This document shows positions 51,152 to 64,000 of a stretch of DNA of 64,000 bases, in pieces. The translations under genes and the position numbers were made by a program. The first letter of the stretch is position 1; every line of letters begins with the position of its first letter. The notes under the pieces are model-generated. The model made no database searches, had not been told where the DNA came from, and saw only the letters and a program-made list of their open reading frames with translations. The stretch spans positions 2,170,001 to 2,234,000 of the forward strand of contig MU061423.1 in the NCBI GenBank assembly GCA_013265495.1. Reading direction: 5' to 3'. This DNA comes from Vicugna vicugna (Eukaryota).

Positions 51152-51362
51152 AAATGACTAACTACTATATATAAAATAGATAAACAACAAGCTTATACTG
51201 TATAGCACAGGGAACTATATTCAGTATCTTGTAGAAACCTATCATGAAAAAGAATATGGAAACAAATATATGCATGTATATGTATGACTGAACTTTTATG
51301 CTGTACACCAAAAATTGACACAACATTGTAAACTGACTATATTTTAATAAAAGATAAAATTT
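51152..51362 (+). mobile_element. L1 3' tail with TSD
   Basis: tatataaaatagataaacaacaag..tatagcacagggaactatattcag..ctgtacaccaaaaattgacacaacattg. TSD aagaattggggag (51139-51151) / aaaaattggggag (51363-51375). Confidence 0.9.
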
Positions 51363-53968
51363 AAAAATTGGGGAGGAGTGGAATAAAAATAATGCTTAAA
51401 AACAGAATAAAATCCCCCCAACGTTATGCTATTTAATAGTGGCAAGAAAACATTAAATCTTGAAGCAAGAGTGAGAGTGATTTCTCCAGTTCAGTGGCCA
51501 CTAAAAAAAAAAAAAATCTCTGTTTTTGCCCCAAGTCAAAGCAAATAACTCTTGAGGCTTGACATTAGTTAAAAAGTGGAAGACGTTCACTGGAGGACAA
51601 GGGAAGAGGGGGTGGGTGGGCAAAGATGAGTGGTCACGGGGTGTATTTATAATGAATACATATATTTTTAAACATATTTCCTATCATCAGGAAATCTATT
51701 TTCTCACACTGATAGTTTTAATATTCTCAGTGGGCTCAGAGAATGTTATTATGATATTCTGTGCTTACAGTCTCTGGTGAAATGGCATATTATCTAGTCA
51801 CTTTTTAAAAATATTTTAAACTAGACATTTTTCTTCATGAATCATTATATTAAATCAGTTCTCCATAAAATTGCTTGCCAGAGTCTCTCTGTATAAAACC
51901 AAACTGATGGGATTTACCAATATCAACTAACCAAGAAAATAAACAGCAGCCCTTTTCTTGAAAACCAAGGAATGGTGTTTATAACAATCACTTGAGAAAG
52001 ACTCAGTCAATCCCTGAGAAGCACACAGAATTATTCTGGACTAGATTACGTGCCTCTACAGGACATTTTTCCTGAAGAGAAAGAGATAAGGGTCATCTCT
52101 TTCAGTGATAAGGGAGTTTGTCTTAATAACATGACTGGCTGAGGAATAATTCTTACTCTGAATACTTTTTACATGAAACAGTGACTCACAGATCTGAGGG
52201 TAAAGGAAAAGGGAAAAGCTCTGAGAACTTAAACAGACTTCACCTTTTAGGTATTTCTGAGCTGAACTGGTAAGCATGTCACATTTTCCTAGCTGGGTAC
52301 ATATATGATTCCATGAAAGATACTTTTGTTTTATGAGCATAAGGAATGAGAAAGAGAGGGAGAGAGAGAGAAAATGAAATGGATATCTTATAGCTAATGA
52401 ATAAATAATTACTCTATCTAAAAATATGGGTCATCTTTAAAAAGGATCTCTGATTTTAACAATAAATAAATGCTTATTTAGGATTGTGACCATTTTTATT
52501 ACAATCATCAATGAAGGGTCGTAAGCATGCGAGTCATTTCTCTTTCCAGTTTCTAGGGCTGAAAAGGATTCCCTTGAAACTCTGCTCCATTTCCAAGATT
52601 GGAGTTTTCAGTTGATGCTGAAAACCCAATAATTCCAAGTGGGATTTGGATCCTTGCATAGGTAAGAGATGCTTTATAAGGCCCTAAAAAATTATTTGTC
52701 CCAATAAATTTAAAATGGAAATGCATTTCTCACAATGCTTCATTTTCTTTGCTTTTTCTCCCTCATACCCAGAGCCAAAGACGACTTTACGTCTTCCCCA
52801 TGCCCACAAGCTCACAGTTGTACACTCAGCTTATTATTTCAACTCACTGTATACACTTCTGAGTTATCAATCCGATGGGCATTCAGTAACATCTTATTTT
52901 TTAAAAACAAAGTTTGTGGGACCCAAATGACAAACAAAAAAGATTTGTTTTAAAATTCTGGTACATCCAACAATGGAATAGTATTCATTTTTTTTAATCA
53001 TAATATTAAGTGCACTATTTAATGGCATGGAAATAAGTTTTTGATTTAGTGTTAGGTGAGAAAAAGTAGTTATCAAATACTAGGCATAAAAAGTATTTGC
53101 ATAGTTACAAGTAGAAACACTCATATAGAGCCACAGAGATTCGGAAAATTGTAGGAAATTAATGGTGATTATCTCTTAGTGGTGAAATTAATAATTTTTA
53201 TTCCTTCTGGAAAGAGTATATATAACTTATGGAAGTAGATTTATTTATTTCAGCCCTAGTTTTACTTATTTTTCCATGTGGAAATTATGAGTTTGGTAAC
53301 AAGATTTCACATGGCTGCTTTGATGATAGCATTTTGATAGTCATTATACCATCCTGGTGGTAAAGCCTTCTCTTCCACTGTTCTTCTCTCAGAGAGGCCA
53401 TCCCATAGGCATTTAGTCATCATGTGGTGAGCATGAGCAAAGGGTCAAAATATAAACATTGCAATCACAGCTGCATCCTTCCATTTGACTCCCCACTTTC
53501 CATCTCTCTCTCACTGGCAAATATACTGTCATCATATGACTTTGATAATCAGAAAGAATTAGCAGTGCAAGAGTCTCCAAGAGAACCTCCATGGAGAATT
53601 AACCTATATTGACATGTATACTAACATGTGTATTGTAATATATTCTAAGTGTTTTATATGCATGATGTATGGATTAGAGACTGGATTCAAACACAAGCCT
53701 AACTGATTGAAAATCCCATACATGTCCCCTAGTAGGTAGCAAACTCCCTAAAATATTTCTTGACTACCTTCCTTATGTCAATACCTACCTTATTTTATGA
53801 CATTCATTTGACCCTCAAGATACTTGATAGGTAGTTATTATTACCCCAAATTACAAATGCGGACACTAGTGTTAAGAGAGCTTAAATAATGTCCCCAAGG
53901 CTACACTAGTGCTACAAGTTCTCCTCAGATTTTAGGACTTCAAAGCTGAGATTTTCTTACCATGCCAC

Positions 53969-54365
53969 TGTATTAGTTTGCCAAGGTCGCCATAATAACA
54001 TTTTCTAGACTGGATGGTTTCAGCAACACAAATGAAAGTCACAGTTCTGGAGGCTAGAGGTCCAAGATCAAGGTATCAGCAAGTTTGGTTTCTTCTGAGG
54101 CCTCTCTCCTTGGCTTACAGGTGGCCATCTTCTCGCTGTTTCCACCTGGTGTTTCCTTTGTGGGCACATGTCTGGTGTCCCTCTGTGTGTTCAAATATCC
54201 TCTTCTTATAAGGACATGAGTCAGATTGCATTAGTGGCCACCCAAAGGACCTTAATCACCTCTCTAAAGACCCTATCTCCAAAAGCAGTCACATTCTGAG
54301 GTACTGGGTGTTAGGACATGAACATGTTAATTTTGAGGCGGGGGGGCACAATTTAGCCCATAACA
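53969..54365 (-). mobile_element. MLT1A/B MaLR solo LTR
   Basis: tgtattagtttgcc..cacagttctggaggctagaggtccaagatcaagg..gaccctatctccaaaagcagtcacattctgagg..cacaatttagcccataaca. Confidence 0.92.
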
Positions 54366-54783
54366 GGCGCTCTGTAAGATCATAATGCAGATCTTTTACA
54401 TGCTCCCTTCAGCTCATGTTTTTACTGTTCTGGGGGCTGTAAACTTCTTAATCTACAAGTGTGCATGTTGCCCACTTATAAAAGTTTAGAAATACACTCA
54501 TTGTAGAAGGAGATAATAGATGGACTGAACTACAGATGGGAGGGTAGACTCTAGCAGCAGACTCTATAACTATGTAGAAAAAAAGAGATTACGCCCATCC
54601 TTAGACAATGGTCTATTGTTTCAGCTTCTTTGGGGAACAGCAGAAATACAAGGGCCACATCCTTGCCCTGTATTACAGAAATCTCAGTCTGTGCCCTTGG
54701 GTTAGTGGGGTGATGCCTTAGGGATGTTCATGGCCCCCAGACATACCACCTCCTCACAACCTGAGGGGGGAAAACACAGCTGA

Positions 54784-54794
54784 ATGAGTCAGCA
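54784..54794 (+). promoter_or_regulatory. Perfect NRF2/NFE2/BACH-sMAF motif (ATGAGTCAGCA)
   Basis: Exact match, identical to 18253-18263. Confidence 0.45.
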
Positions 54795-55639
54795 GCTAAG
54801 CTGGGAATCAGCCCAGGCCTTCTGGAATTACAGGTTCAACATGTAAAAATGAGAATAATCCCCCACACTTATTTTCACCCTGAACCAGCTGATTCTAAAG
54901 ATATGATTCGTTTAAGATAAAGCCAAATCCCTCCAGCTGCATACTTTTTGAGCCATTAGGAAAAAAAAACCATTTATGTATATAAATATACATACTTTTA
55001 AGGCAGCTCCCTTTCTCTACTTTTGGCAAAAACAGAAAGAACCCAGGAATTTAACTCAGAATAGAGGGAGAGGAGGGAGATACAGACAGATAGAGATACA
55101 CATGTACGTATATACAAACACACATATCACAAAACAAGGTATGAAACTGGTCAATGGTCAGTATGTTCAGACAGCATAGACACACAATTAATGAAGAAAT
55201 CTGCTTTGAAATCTAAAGAATCAATGCTGCTTCACAGCATAAGACATTTTTCCACTTTTTCCCTTTGTTCAATGTGGACTTCATTTAAGATATCAATTAC
55301 TAACAGTCTTCTAAAACCAAGAGGAATGTCAACAAAATTATTCAGCTAACAAAAAGGTCAGCATGTTTTTTTTAATTTGTTTGTATTTGTCCTAATAGCC
55401 CAATTTAATTATTTCACTAAACTGGCTTATCGTTAGAATATTTGTTAACATAATACAAATTAATTCAAAAGGATTTGGAAAAGATTTCGGGTGGAAAAAG
55501 AGCTCAACTTGAAGCAATGTAGCGAGCTAATCCAAATAGCTGATGTCACTCTCCACTTTTTATTCGAGAGACTCTTTCTTTTGTTAAGTACATGATTTTA
55601 TGCCAACAAATCATGTTCTCAGCGCTGCACTGATCTAGC

Positions 55640-55733
55640 TTTTCTTTTTTTTTTTTTCTTTTTATCAGTAGTGGTACTGGGGATCAAATCCAGGACCCCA
55701 CGCATGCTGCCACTGAGCTGTACCCACCCCACT
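55640..55733 (-). mobile_element. Degenerate, internally deleted Vic-1-type SINE
   Basis: Poly-T then ggtactggggatcaaatccaggaccccacgcatgct-gccactgagctgtaccc. Confidence 0.7.
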
Positions 55734-56989
55734 TTGATCTAGTTTTTAATACAGACACTGCAGCCACTTCCTTTCTATGGAGCTGGGGACATAATGAGAG
55801 GATTCGTGCTTTGGATCATTCACTCATGTTATTACATTTTAGCCTTGGATCCCAAGGTCTCCTCATTCTCCTGTATGTGTATTTTTGATTCCTGTTTTGG
55901 AAAACGAGACTGAGGAAGAATCCATCCGGAGACCTGTTACCTCCTGCATCTTATCAGCTAAAGAGGGGGGGCCAAAACCTAGTGACAAAGCCCTCAGATG
56001 GGACACCCTAACCAGCCAGGGCTCAGATGTCCACTGCTGATCGTAACAGTGGTTACAAAAGCTTGGAGAGAAGAGGCTTCAGTCCATTAGGATCAACAAG
56101 TTATGGAATTACCGTTACTGCATGAATTATAAATTTTTAACTGTAATGCTAAATTTTATTTTTACCTTGAGTCACGTATTTAATCACATAGTTTCTCCAG
56201 GTCTCCCTGGCCTCAGAAGATGTAAGGGATAGATTATTATATGGGGGAGAAGGAAAGAACTGGGAAGTATTATCCTACATTTGGAAATAGCTACACATCT
56301 GTTTGGAACCAGAACAAAGATAGTGCACAAAACAGCAGCATAATATAGGCACGATTTTAAGACATAAAATTGTGAAGTTGGTTCTGAACTTTGTCATTTA
56401 CATCTTCAGCCTCCCCTTCTGCTTCTCCTTTTCCTTCCACCATTCTTTTGGGTCCCAGGGAATTCCTCTTCCCCATTATTTCTGGAGTTCATGCCTGTCC
56501 CTTCTCGCTGAGGTACTGATGAAACTCTTGGCAGGTTGTGGTCACGACCATGCTGGCTCCTCTTCAGGTCCCCTTCTTCCAAGGTCCCTCCAGTTGTGGG
56601 TCATCTGTGGGTGTCTTCCATTTCTCATGCTAATCCATGGAAAAATAATCACGCCCCTGCCCAACAGTGGACACGTTACAGATGTGAAGTCTTAGTCTGT
56701 AACCAGTCGTTCAGAATTCAGACATAAACATCCAGGGTTTGCATCAGCTGTGTGTCTATAAGTGCTGGTCTTCCTCCCCACCCATCCGCTGCTTCTCATA
56801 TCCTTGCAAAAGCTGAAGGTTTTACATTCCTCTAATCTGTGAAAATGCCTTCTTTATCGTGTCTGCTGGGCTGGGTGGAGTTTTACAAACTCTTCTCATC
56901 CCTGGTGGGGAGAAAACTTCCAGGCTGAAATACTCTCTAAAATGGTTTCTTCCACTGTTCCCAGCATCCTTTGTTTTTGCTGTTTATCT

Positions 56990-57015
56990 GGGGGCTTGGG
57001 GGTGGGGGGTGGGGG
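56990..57015 (+). other. Potential G-quadruplex
   Basis: GGGGG-CTT-GGGGG-T-GGGGGG-T-GGGGG: four G-runs of at least 5 with 1-3-nt loops. Confidence 0.75.
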
Positions 57016-57689
57016 TGAGCTGTTTAACTCTTTCTTATTCACAAGTATATTATGCTCTCTTCTTAAGATTTAGATGTAGTTGACCCCAAAAGATAAAGCC
57101 TGCTTTAAATAGTTGGAGGGAACTCAGCCAGCCCCTTTCCTTAACTCACGCCTTTTCCTCTCTCATCCCTCTGTCTTCAGATGCCTGAGATAGAAAGCCC
57201 ATGTGAATTGCAGGTCCTTATCCACCTCTTGTGCCGTCAGTCCTGACCTGCTCCTCACCTCTTCTGGTCTTCTCAGCCAGGAAAACGGCCACGCTGTCTT
57301 CCTCCCCAAGCAATCCACCACTATACGGTTTAGAGTTCTGGAAACTTGGGGGCATGACTGAAACAATGAATAGATTGGCTGTGTAGAGCATACGAGTAAA
57401 GCAGAGAATATGAATTTTGGAGAAGGTATGTGAGGAAGAGGCAAAAGAATATGAATTATGGCCGTGTCCAGAATCTGTGTGAATTCGTATGAACATTGGT
57501 AAGTATGATGACAACACAGGTAATTTATTAGTCCATGTAAACAGAGGAAGCTATTGGCATTAATATTGATCATAAATAATGGAAAAGTGGGAAGAAAAAA
57601 TTTTAAATTTTGATTGGGCCTCGTTGGCGCTAGGCCTGCTGTGTTAGAATTTCTAGCATGTTTAATATTAAATAAGTGAGGAATCTCCT

Positions 57690-58710
57690 TCCTGAAATCT
57701 ACTTCTTCACAACTCCTACTGGTCTAGCTTTGTCCAGCCTCTCCTGCTTGGTCTAATTCCCTGGTTCCTCCCCATTCTCTCAGCCTAAAAATACAGACAT
57801 TTATCAGGACTCCTTTCTGGTCCCTCTTTCTTCTTTGTGGTATTTTTACTCTCACTTGTCTCTTCTATTTACATAAATTTAACTTTATCTATATAGTGAC
57901 AATTTCGATATTTATATCTGTAGGACAGACTTTGATTCTGAGCCTCAAACTTGAATAGCCAATTGCCTTCTGTTATCTGCACCTGGATAACTCACCCACA
58001 ATGGAATTCTAGATCCTTTCCCTTATCTGCTCCCACTCCCATCTGCCTGACCTTCACCCAGTAACCCCGACCTCGGGAAATGAGGGGTCATTTTCTACCC
58101 AGTTACTAAAATTAGAAATCTGGGGGTCATCCTGAGCGAATACTGATGTTCCTACCTACAAAAATCTATCTTTGTTCAACATTTCCCATCTGAATTACTA
58201 CAAGAGTCACCTAGTCTGTATCGTTACTTTTTCAAAGATAGTACCTCTCAAACCCATTCTCTGCACAGCTGCTGGATAATTACTGTTAAACAGAGGCTAT
58301 CTCCTGTTACTCTTGTGATTAAAAACCTTTCAATGGCTTCCTATTGTTTTGGAGTAAAATCCAAACTTTTCCCCATATCTTACAAAGCTCCCCTTGGCCC
58401 TGCCCCTCCCACCACGTTCATGGTACCTCCCTCATTTACCTAAGTCCAGTCACACCAGCCTTTGCCATTTCTGGTTCCCTAAAAGGTTCTTTCCTTAATT
58501 CATCACGTGGCTGACTCCCTTCTGTCCTCTGAGTCTCTGTTTAAAAGTCAGCAGTTTTAGTTAATCATTATGTTTGTCTTACTGTTGGTCTCCCCCACTG
58601 AAAAGCAAACAAAGGTCAGGAACCTTGACTGCCTTATTGTATTCTCATTGCCTAGCATGATGCATGGCACAGGGTAAGTATTCAATAAATACAGTTGAGT
58701 GAATAAATGA
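57690..58710 (+). mobile_element. L2a (~1 kb, 3' end included)
   Basis: aaaacctttcaatggcttcctattg..gtaaaatccaaact..cctagcatgatgcatggcacagggtaagtattcaataaatacagttgagtgaataaatga. Confidence 0.85.
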
Positions 58711-60158
58711 AAAGAGAGTCAAAATTATGTGACAGATTTTATGTAGAACAACAGTAGAAACTAAAAGTGATTGAGAGAGTTAAAGGTAACTACTTATGCC
58801 TAGTTATCATTTAGCCTGCTTATAACTAAGCTTAGTTTTCAATATGCTAGATAAACTTTGTTGGTAATTTTACTTAATCACAATGGAACACTATACACTT
58901 ATGACTACATAAGCCTAGTATTTACGTATGTAGAGTCTAAATCAGTTAATCATGTCAAGGTTTTTGGCTCCCAATTCCTAAAAAGAGCAGGAACCCTGAT
59001 TTTATTTGGGAGAGCTTTAGAAAATTTTGGCCAATTTGTACATTTGCAACTTTGGCCAAAAAAAACTTATGCTCTTTCTGACCCCCTATCTGTACAGATT
59101 AAATGCTTTGGCAGAAGTATTTGTTAGTGTGTAAATATTAGCTGGTTAACCTGGGGGTGGTTAGAAGAGATCACTCCATTTAATTCTTGATACCAATTCT
59201 TTCCCAGAGTGTTACTTTCTCATTCTTTGTTTTCCATAAATTGTTGGTTTGGTAGCAATTGTCCTAGGCTGAAAGCAACCATGCTGAATTTTACCCTCTG
59301 TTTTTGCACACTGAGGGACCTCAGCATGAAACAAAGAATGTACTGTTTATAAATCTTTATTGGCTGGATGCGAAGATAGCAGCTGCAAGCAGTTAAGCAT
59401 TAAGAGACTTCCCTGCCCCCTCCCCTTTGGCCATTTAAATTCCCTTCTGATGAACCTACAAACAACCCACTTGATAGAGATTTGGAGCATTCTCTAAGTC
59501 TTATTTTGACTGATCTAATTTTCTGTAGAAACACTCAACCCTTGCCTAGGTTTGCTTGATGAGCATATTTTGGATTTTCTTTATAAAGAATTTTTCTTTA
59601 ATTTGGTTGGTGTATGAACTGATAGATGGTGGGTGATTATAGAAGGCAACACTTTTTACTGTTCTCTTTCTGGGAGAGATACTTTTTAAAAAGTCAACCA
59701 AAAATAGCTTCTAACTTAAGGCCTTAGAGATATGAGAAGCTTTACATGTGCATGTTACTCAAGACAAGAATAAAAACGGAATCTACTCTTTCCAAATGGA
59801 ATTTCTTACTAAGGAACATTCCACCATAACCTCTAAAATTATTAATTAGCAGGCCTAGACACTTATGGCATTAATTTTTCCACTGGAAGAGAATTTCTAG
59901 CCAGCTTTCCATGAGTTAATGTAATGTTTACAGAAGGTGCACACAGGAAAATGCCACAGAGTAAAACTGGTCAGATTGAATTGAACTGAAGCAAATGAGC
60001 TGTCATAAATAGGTTGGATTCAGGATATAGTAAAGGCTCCTTAAGAACTGTTAGGGTAACCATAACCTTCACCCTTAATCCTGACTTGAATTCTAAATGA
60101 ACATGTTTCATGAACAAAGATCTTTACAAAACATTTCCAAGGAAATAATTGTGAATCT

Positions 60159-60667
60159 TGTAGGAGAAGAGAAAGTTTTCTTCGACCCACTTAGGATTGC
60201 TGGGTGGGTCTGAAAATTAAACTGACAAAGATTAATAAGATAAAAACCTATAGATTTATTTAATATAAGTTTTATGTGGTATGGGAGCCTTCAAAAGGAA
60301 CTGAAGATCCAAAGAAAGCTATGTATTTTCATGCTGAGTTTAATAGAGTGGACAGCCGATGAGGAATAAGGTAGGTTAAGAGGTATGAGGACAGTGTAGT
60401 GAACTGGGGGAAACTGAGCAAAGTCTACATGTTAGAATTCTTCATGGTGGTCCCTTGTCTTCAGAGATAAGGATGCTCCTTTCTTCTAGGTACAGGGAGG
60501 TCACCATTCACATGCGGATTTTATGACTTGTTTCGGGGAAGAAGGGGAGGGAAGGGAGGTCAGAGTGACCTTCTTGCTTCTGTCATTTTCTCATACTCCT
60601 TCAGCTTAAAATATTCAATACACTAAGGGTGCCATATTTGGGGGATAGTGTGTCCTGAACCCCATCA
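60159..60667 (-). mobile_element. MER34-family ERV1 solo LTR
   Basis: Reverse complement starts tgatggggttcaggacacactatcccccaaatatggcaccc..tattgaatattttaagctgaagga and ends aaaactttctcttctcctaca. Confidence 0.85.
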
Positions 60668-61204
60668 CTATCAAGAAAGCAACCACATATAATAATATTC
60701 AAAGGGTCCCAGGTGATTACATGTAAAGATACACACATACATACAATAATGAGACACGTCTATTCCCTTCTTGGTTTCTTTTTTCCTCTTTGGAATAATG
60801 AAGGATGATTTGATGGTAGTGCATAACTTCTTTTCATAAACAATAGGCTGCTAGAGCTGGACCGAATGGTCCTCGACATTCATGAATCCAGACAGTGTGT
60901 TCCTGTGAAGAAACAGAAGCCAGGGAAGGGAAGTGAATTATCAAGGGAGGCGAGGCACATCTCCCTAGCAGAGGTGGGGGGCTGAAAATTCCTGACTCCA
61001 GCTCAGGGTCCTCTCAACTTCATCATACTTTCTCTTGGTGGAGTTTTCTGACTGAAGGAAGATATTCAAAGAGGAGCTTGGAAAAAAGAGTGAAGTGGAT
61101 TGCCAGATGTGTTCATAAGAATGGTTTTCCATATGTCTTCTAGGCTTGCTCCAGGGGATTCTGTGAGAGAACTGAACCCTAAAGCCAAGGGCTTGCATTA
61201 GGTG

Positions 61205-61260
61205 TAATGAATTGGCTCCTCCGACCACCCTCCACCCCGCCCCACCCCACCTTCCCAAAC
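61205..61260. promoter_or_regulatory. Promoter-like cluster (CCAAT, GC box, CACCC boxes)
   Basis: ATTGG 61211-61215, then ccaccctccaccccgcccaccccacc. Motif match only. Confidence 0.3.
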
Positions 61261-61469
61261 ACCTACCCTGGCTCTGGTTAAGGACCGTCCTGGCATAATT
61301 GAGAGCATAGCCACTCAAATAATTTCCTGTGTTCTGTGCTTCAGATGCCATATGCCAGTTGAGAAAGATTGAATTTTCCAACACACAAAACAGATGAGCA
61401 GTAGGTAGGCAGTGGCAACTAGAGGGAGAAGATTTAACAAGCTAAGGAAACGGCTTGGTGTAGGAAGGC

Positions 61470-61700
61470 AAGGTGAGAATATGGGCTTTGTGACGATCGG
61501 AATTGAGTGTAAATCCCCTCTGCCACTTACGAGCTGTGCCACAGTGAGAAAATGACTTCACTTATATAAGCCTGACTTTCTTGATCTGTAAAATGGGAAT
61601 AATATAGCCTGCCTCTCAGGAACCCTTGTAAAGATTCAATGAGATAACACCTATGACACACTTGGCCCAATAGAGATACTTAATACATATTTTAAGGAGG
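61470..61700 (+). mobile_element. MIR SINE
   Basis: gtaaatcccctctgccacttacgagctgtg..atctgtaaaatgggaataata..gtaaagattcaatgagataac. Confidence 0.85.
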
Positions 61701-61879
61701 GATTTGAATAAATGGAATGAACATATGGTCTTTGGAGCTGGACAGAGTTGGGCTCATATCCTGATGCTGCTACTGGGTCTCCTTATATGGTGCCTGGGAC
61801 ACTGTAGAAGCTCAGTGAAATGCCAGTTTCTTCCCTTTCGCTTCCTGGGTCTACCTCCTTTCATCAGCTTGTCAATATA

Positions 61880-62055
61880 GAGCTAAAGCTCTCAGACTGC
61901 TGCATGCAACAGAATCACCTGGAGGACTTGTTAAAACAGATGAGTGAGCCCCAGCGCCAGTTTCGGATTCACTGTGTCTGTGGTGGGCCACATTTTGTGT
62001 TTCTAACAAGTTCCCAGATGATGCTGAAGTTGTTTGTCTGGGGACTACACTCTGA
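61880..62055 (-). mobile_element. MER5A hAT element
   Basis: agaatcacctggaggacttgttaaaacagat..tgtttctaacaagttcccagatgatgctga. Confidence 0.85.
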
Positions 62056-62619
62056 TATCAATACATATACTTTTAGGTGCTGGAGGACAGTCTTCAGCTC
62101 TTTGGGCCACTTTTTGGTTTCTGACTGAGAGCTCTGTTAAAATACATCAGCTGAGACAACTTACTCCGATACTGATCATAAAAACATACATGATTTCTAT
62201 TCTTAATTCTGCTTTGTTATTAGTTCTCTGTTCCCCTGCTTACTGCTTTGGAATGCAGAGCTCAGTCTGCAATCAAAAGTAGAAGAAAGTTACTAGGTCA
62301 AGACTATGGAACCAGACAATTCATCTCAGTGAAAAGCACAGCAATCTATTTTCCAGTTCTATAATTTTCTCAAATTTCTCATTATTTCTTTTTACAGGCA
62401 AAAACTTGGGTTAATCAATTAAACAGCAAATTGAATATTGTGACCCAAATACTGTGATCCCAGTTCACAGCTTGGGACACAAATACAGCCAACTGAGGGC
62501 CAAACTTACATGTAACAGTCAGTTACTGTTTATATCAGAGGTCAAACAGTGGTGTTTCAATGCTAGCTGCAGGGCGTGTTGTGTTTGTTTTGTTTTATCT
62601 GAGTTTTTTATTTGATGCC

Positions 62620-62853
62620 TGCTATGGACTGGATATTTTTGCACCACCCCTCACCACCCTACCCTGTGCCCCACCCCAAATTCATGTATTGAAGCTCTAA
62701 CCCCTAGTGTAGCTGTATTTGGAGATGGGACATCTAGGAAGTAATTAAATGAGGTCATAAGGGTGGGGCTCTGATCCTATAGGATTAATGTCCTTACGAA
62801 AAGGAAGGACCCGGTAAAGACATAGGGAGAAGGTGGTTAACTGCACCCCAGTA
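62620..62853 (+). mobile_element. MLT1A-type LTR 5' part, truncated by the gap
   Basis: tgctatggactgga..ccccaaattcatgtattgaagctctaacccc..tatttggagatgg..aatgaggtcataagggtggggctctgatcc. Confidence 0.88.
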
Positions 62854-63004
62854 NNNNNNNNNNNNNNNNNNNNNNNNNNNNNNNNNNNNNNNNNNNNNNN
62901 NNNNNNNNNNNNNNNNNNNNNNNNNNNNNNNNNNNNNNNNNNNNNNNNNNNNNNNNNNNNNNNNNNNNNNNNNNNNNNNNNNNNNNNNNNNNNNNNNNNN
63001 NNNN
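62854..63004. other. Assembly gap (151 N)
   Basis: Run of N. Confidence 0.99.
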
Positions 63005-64000
63005 TGCCCAGAGGGTTTTTCTAGAACTCTGAATTGGTCATCATGCTGGACAGCTTCCACTTGCTCCTGTGGATCCACTTTCCACCCTTCTCCCGCCTCC
63101 ATTTATGATAATTTGGATATTCCATCTGTTTTCTGTTAGAAAAACTTATGATTCTCAACATTTTAAAAATTGAGAGATTTTGCATGAAAAGAAACCTGGA
63201 TTGTCAGATTCTCATGAGAAACTAGAAGATGAGGCAGCAACGCTGGCAATAATAAATGGGCACCTCTCTTTTCAGCTGGGCGTTAGCTCTCGAGTTGGTT
63301 GTGCTTCACTCAATTACTTTATCATGGCCTCTGTGGCCATTTGAGAATACTGTCCCTATTCCTCATGCAACGATGGAAGAGCTAAGAAGTCCAGATGCTT
63401 GGAAGTCTCTTTTACCGGCAGCCGTAGGTGTTGCTGGTAACAGCTCACAACTACAACCGTTTCTGGAGTATTATCCTTGGGGTGATTGAAGCACTTGGCT
63501 TGGAGTGCCTAGGGATTTGCCGCCTTCCCAAGATAAGATCAGCAATCAATTCTAAGATGAACGCCTCCATCCTGGAAGGAGCAATGTTTATCCTGACCAG
63601 GACTGATGCTTTCCAGAGAAGGGCTTGCCTTTACTATCCACAGTGCCTCAGCCAACCTCAGTCTGGTTCATGGAGTAAGTATCCTGTATAACATGACTAA
63701 CTCAAGGGACCCACTTTATGGTCAAAGAGGTGCAATGCTGAGCACATGGCCATGGGGTCTATAGGTCATGCCATGTACACACTATCTAGAAGCTACTCGT
63801 ATGACAAAGCAGTAAAATGACTTCTTAAAGACACAGCTGAAAACCAGCCTAGAGATGACATTTTTTTTGAGAATTGGGCACTGCTCTTTAGGATAAAGCA
63901 TAGAATATTAACCGGTGGCTCTTGTATTGATCCTGTGTCTCCAGTAACTAGAAAATAGGGTCCGATACCCAAGAGGTAGAAGTAGGAATGACCCCATTCA

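Larger units (their letters stand above)
62536..63330 (+). mobile_element. MER102/Charlie8-like element interrupted by an MLT1 LTR and a gap
   Basis: cagaggtcaaac..gcagggcgtgttgtgtttg at the start; aaaattgagagattttgcatgaaaagaaacctggattgtcagattctcatgagaaactagaagatg after the gap. Confidence 0.55.

Noticed and set aside
57163-57573. 136-aa minus-strand ORF
   Set aside because: No recognised homology; its 3' end is the complement of a plus-strand acceptor tract.

Overview
AT-rich mammalian (eutherian) non-coding DNA, most likely from a camelid. The evidence is a tRNA-Ala-derived SINE of the camelid Vic-1 type and many short cetartiodactyl-type L1 3' tails. I cannot identify any protein-coding gene with confidence: the listed ORFs are short and mostly fall in repeats, microsatellites or antisense to polypyrimidine tracts. 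The window reads as intergenic DNA or a large intron, filled with L2, L3/CR1, L1, MIR, MaLR/ERVL/ERV1 LTRs and hAT/Tigger DNA elements, with two 151-N gaps. Repeat family names are recalled from consensus sequences, not searched. The best leads are: a discrete ~75-nt direct duplication whose ends coincide with splice signals (2381-2455 / 4895-4966); an ancient foldback element built from sub-repeats (16690-16965); a near-perfect 78/79-bp inverted repeat (50245-50752); a CR1/L3 with an apparent 5' inversion; two perfect NRF2/NFE2-MAF motifs; and several exon-like cassettes on both strands. I see no convincing new biological system.
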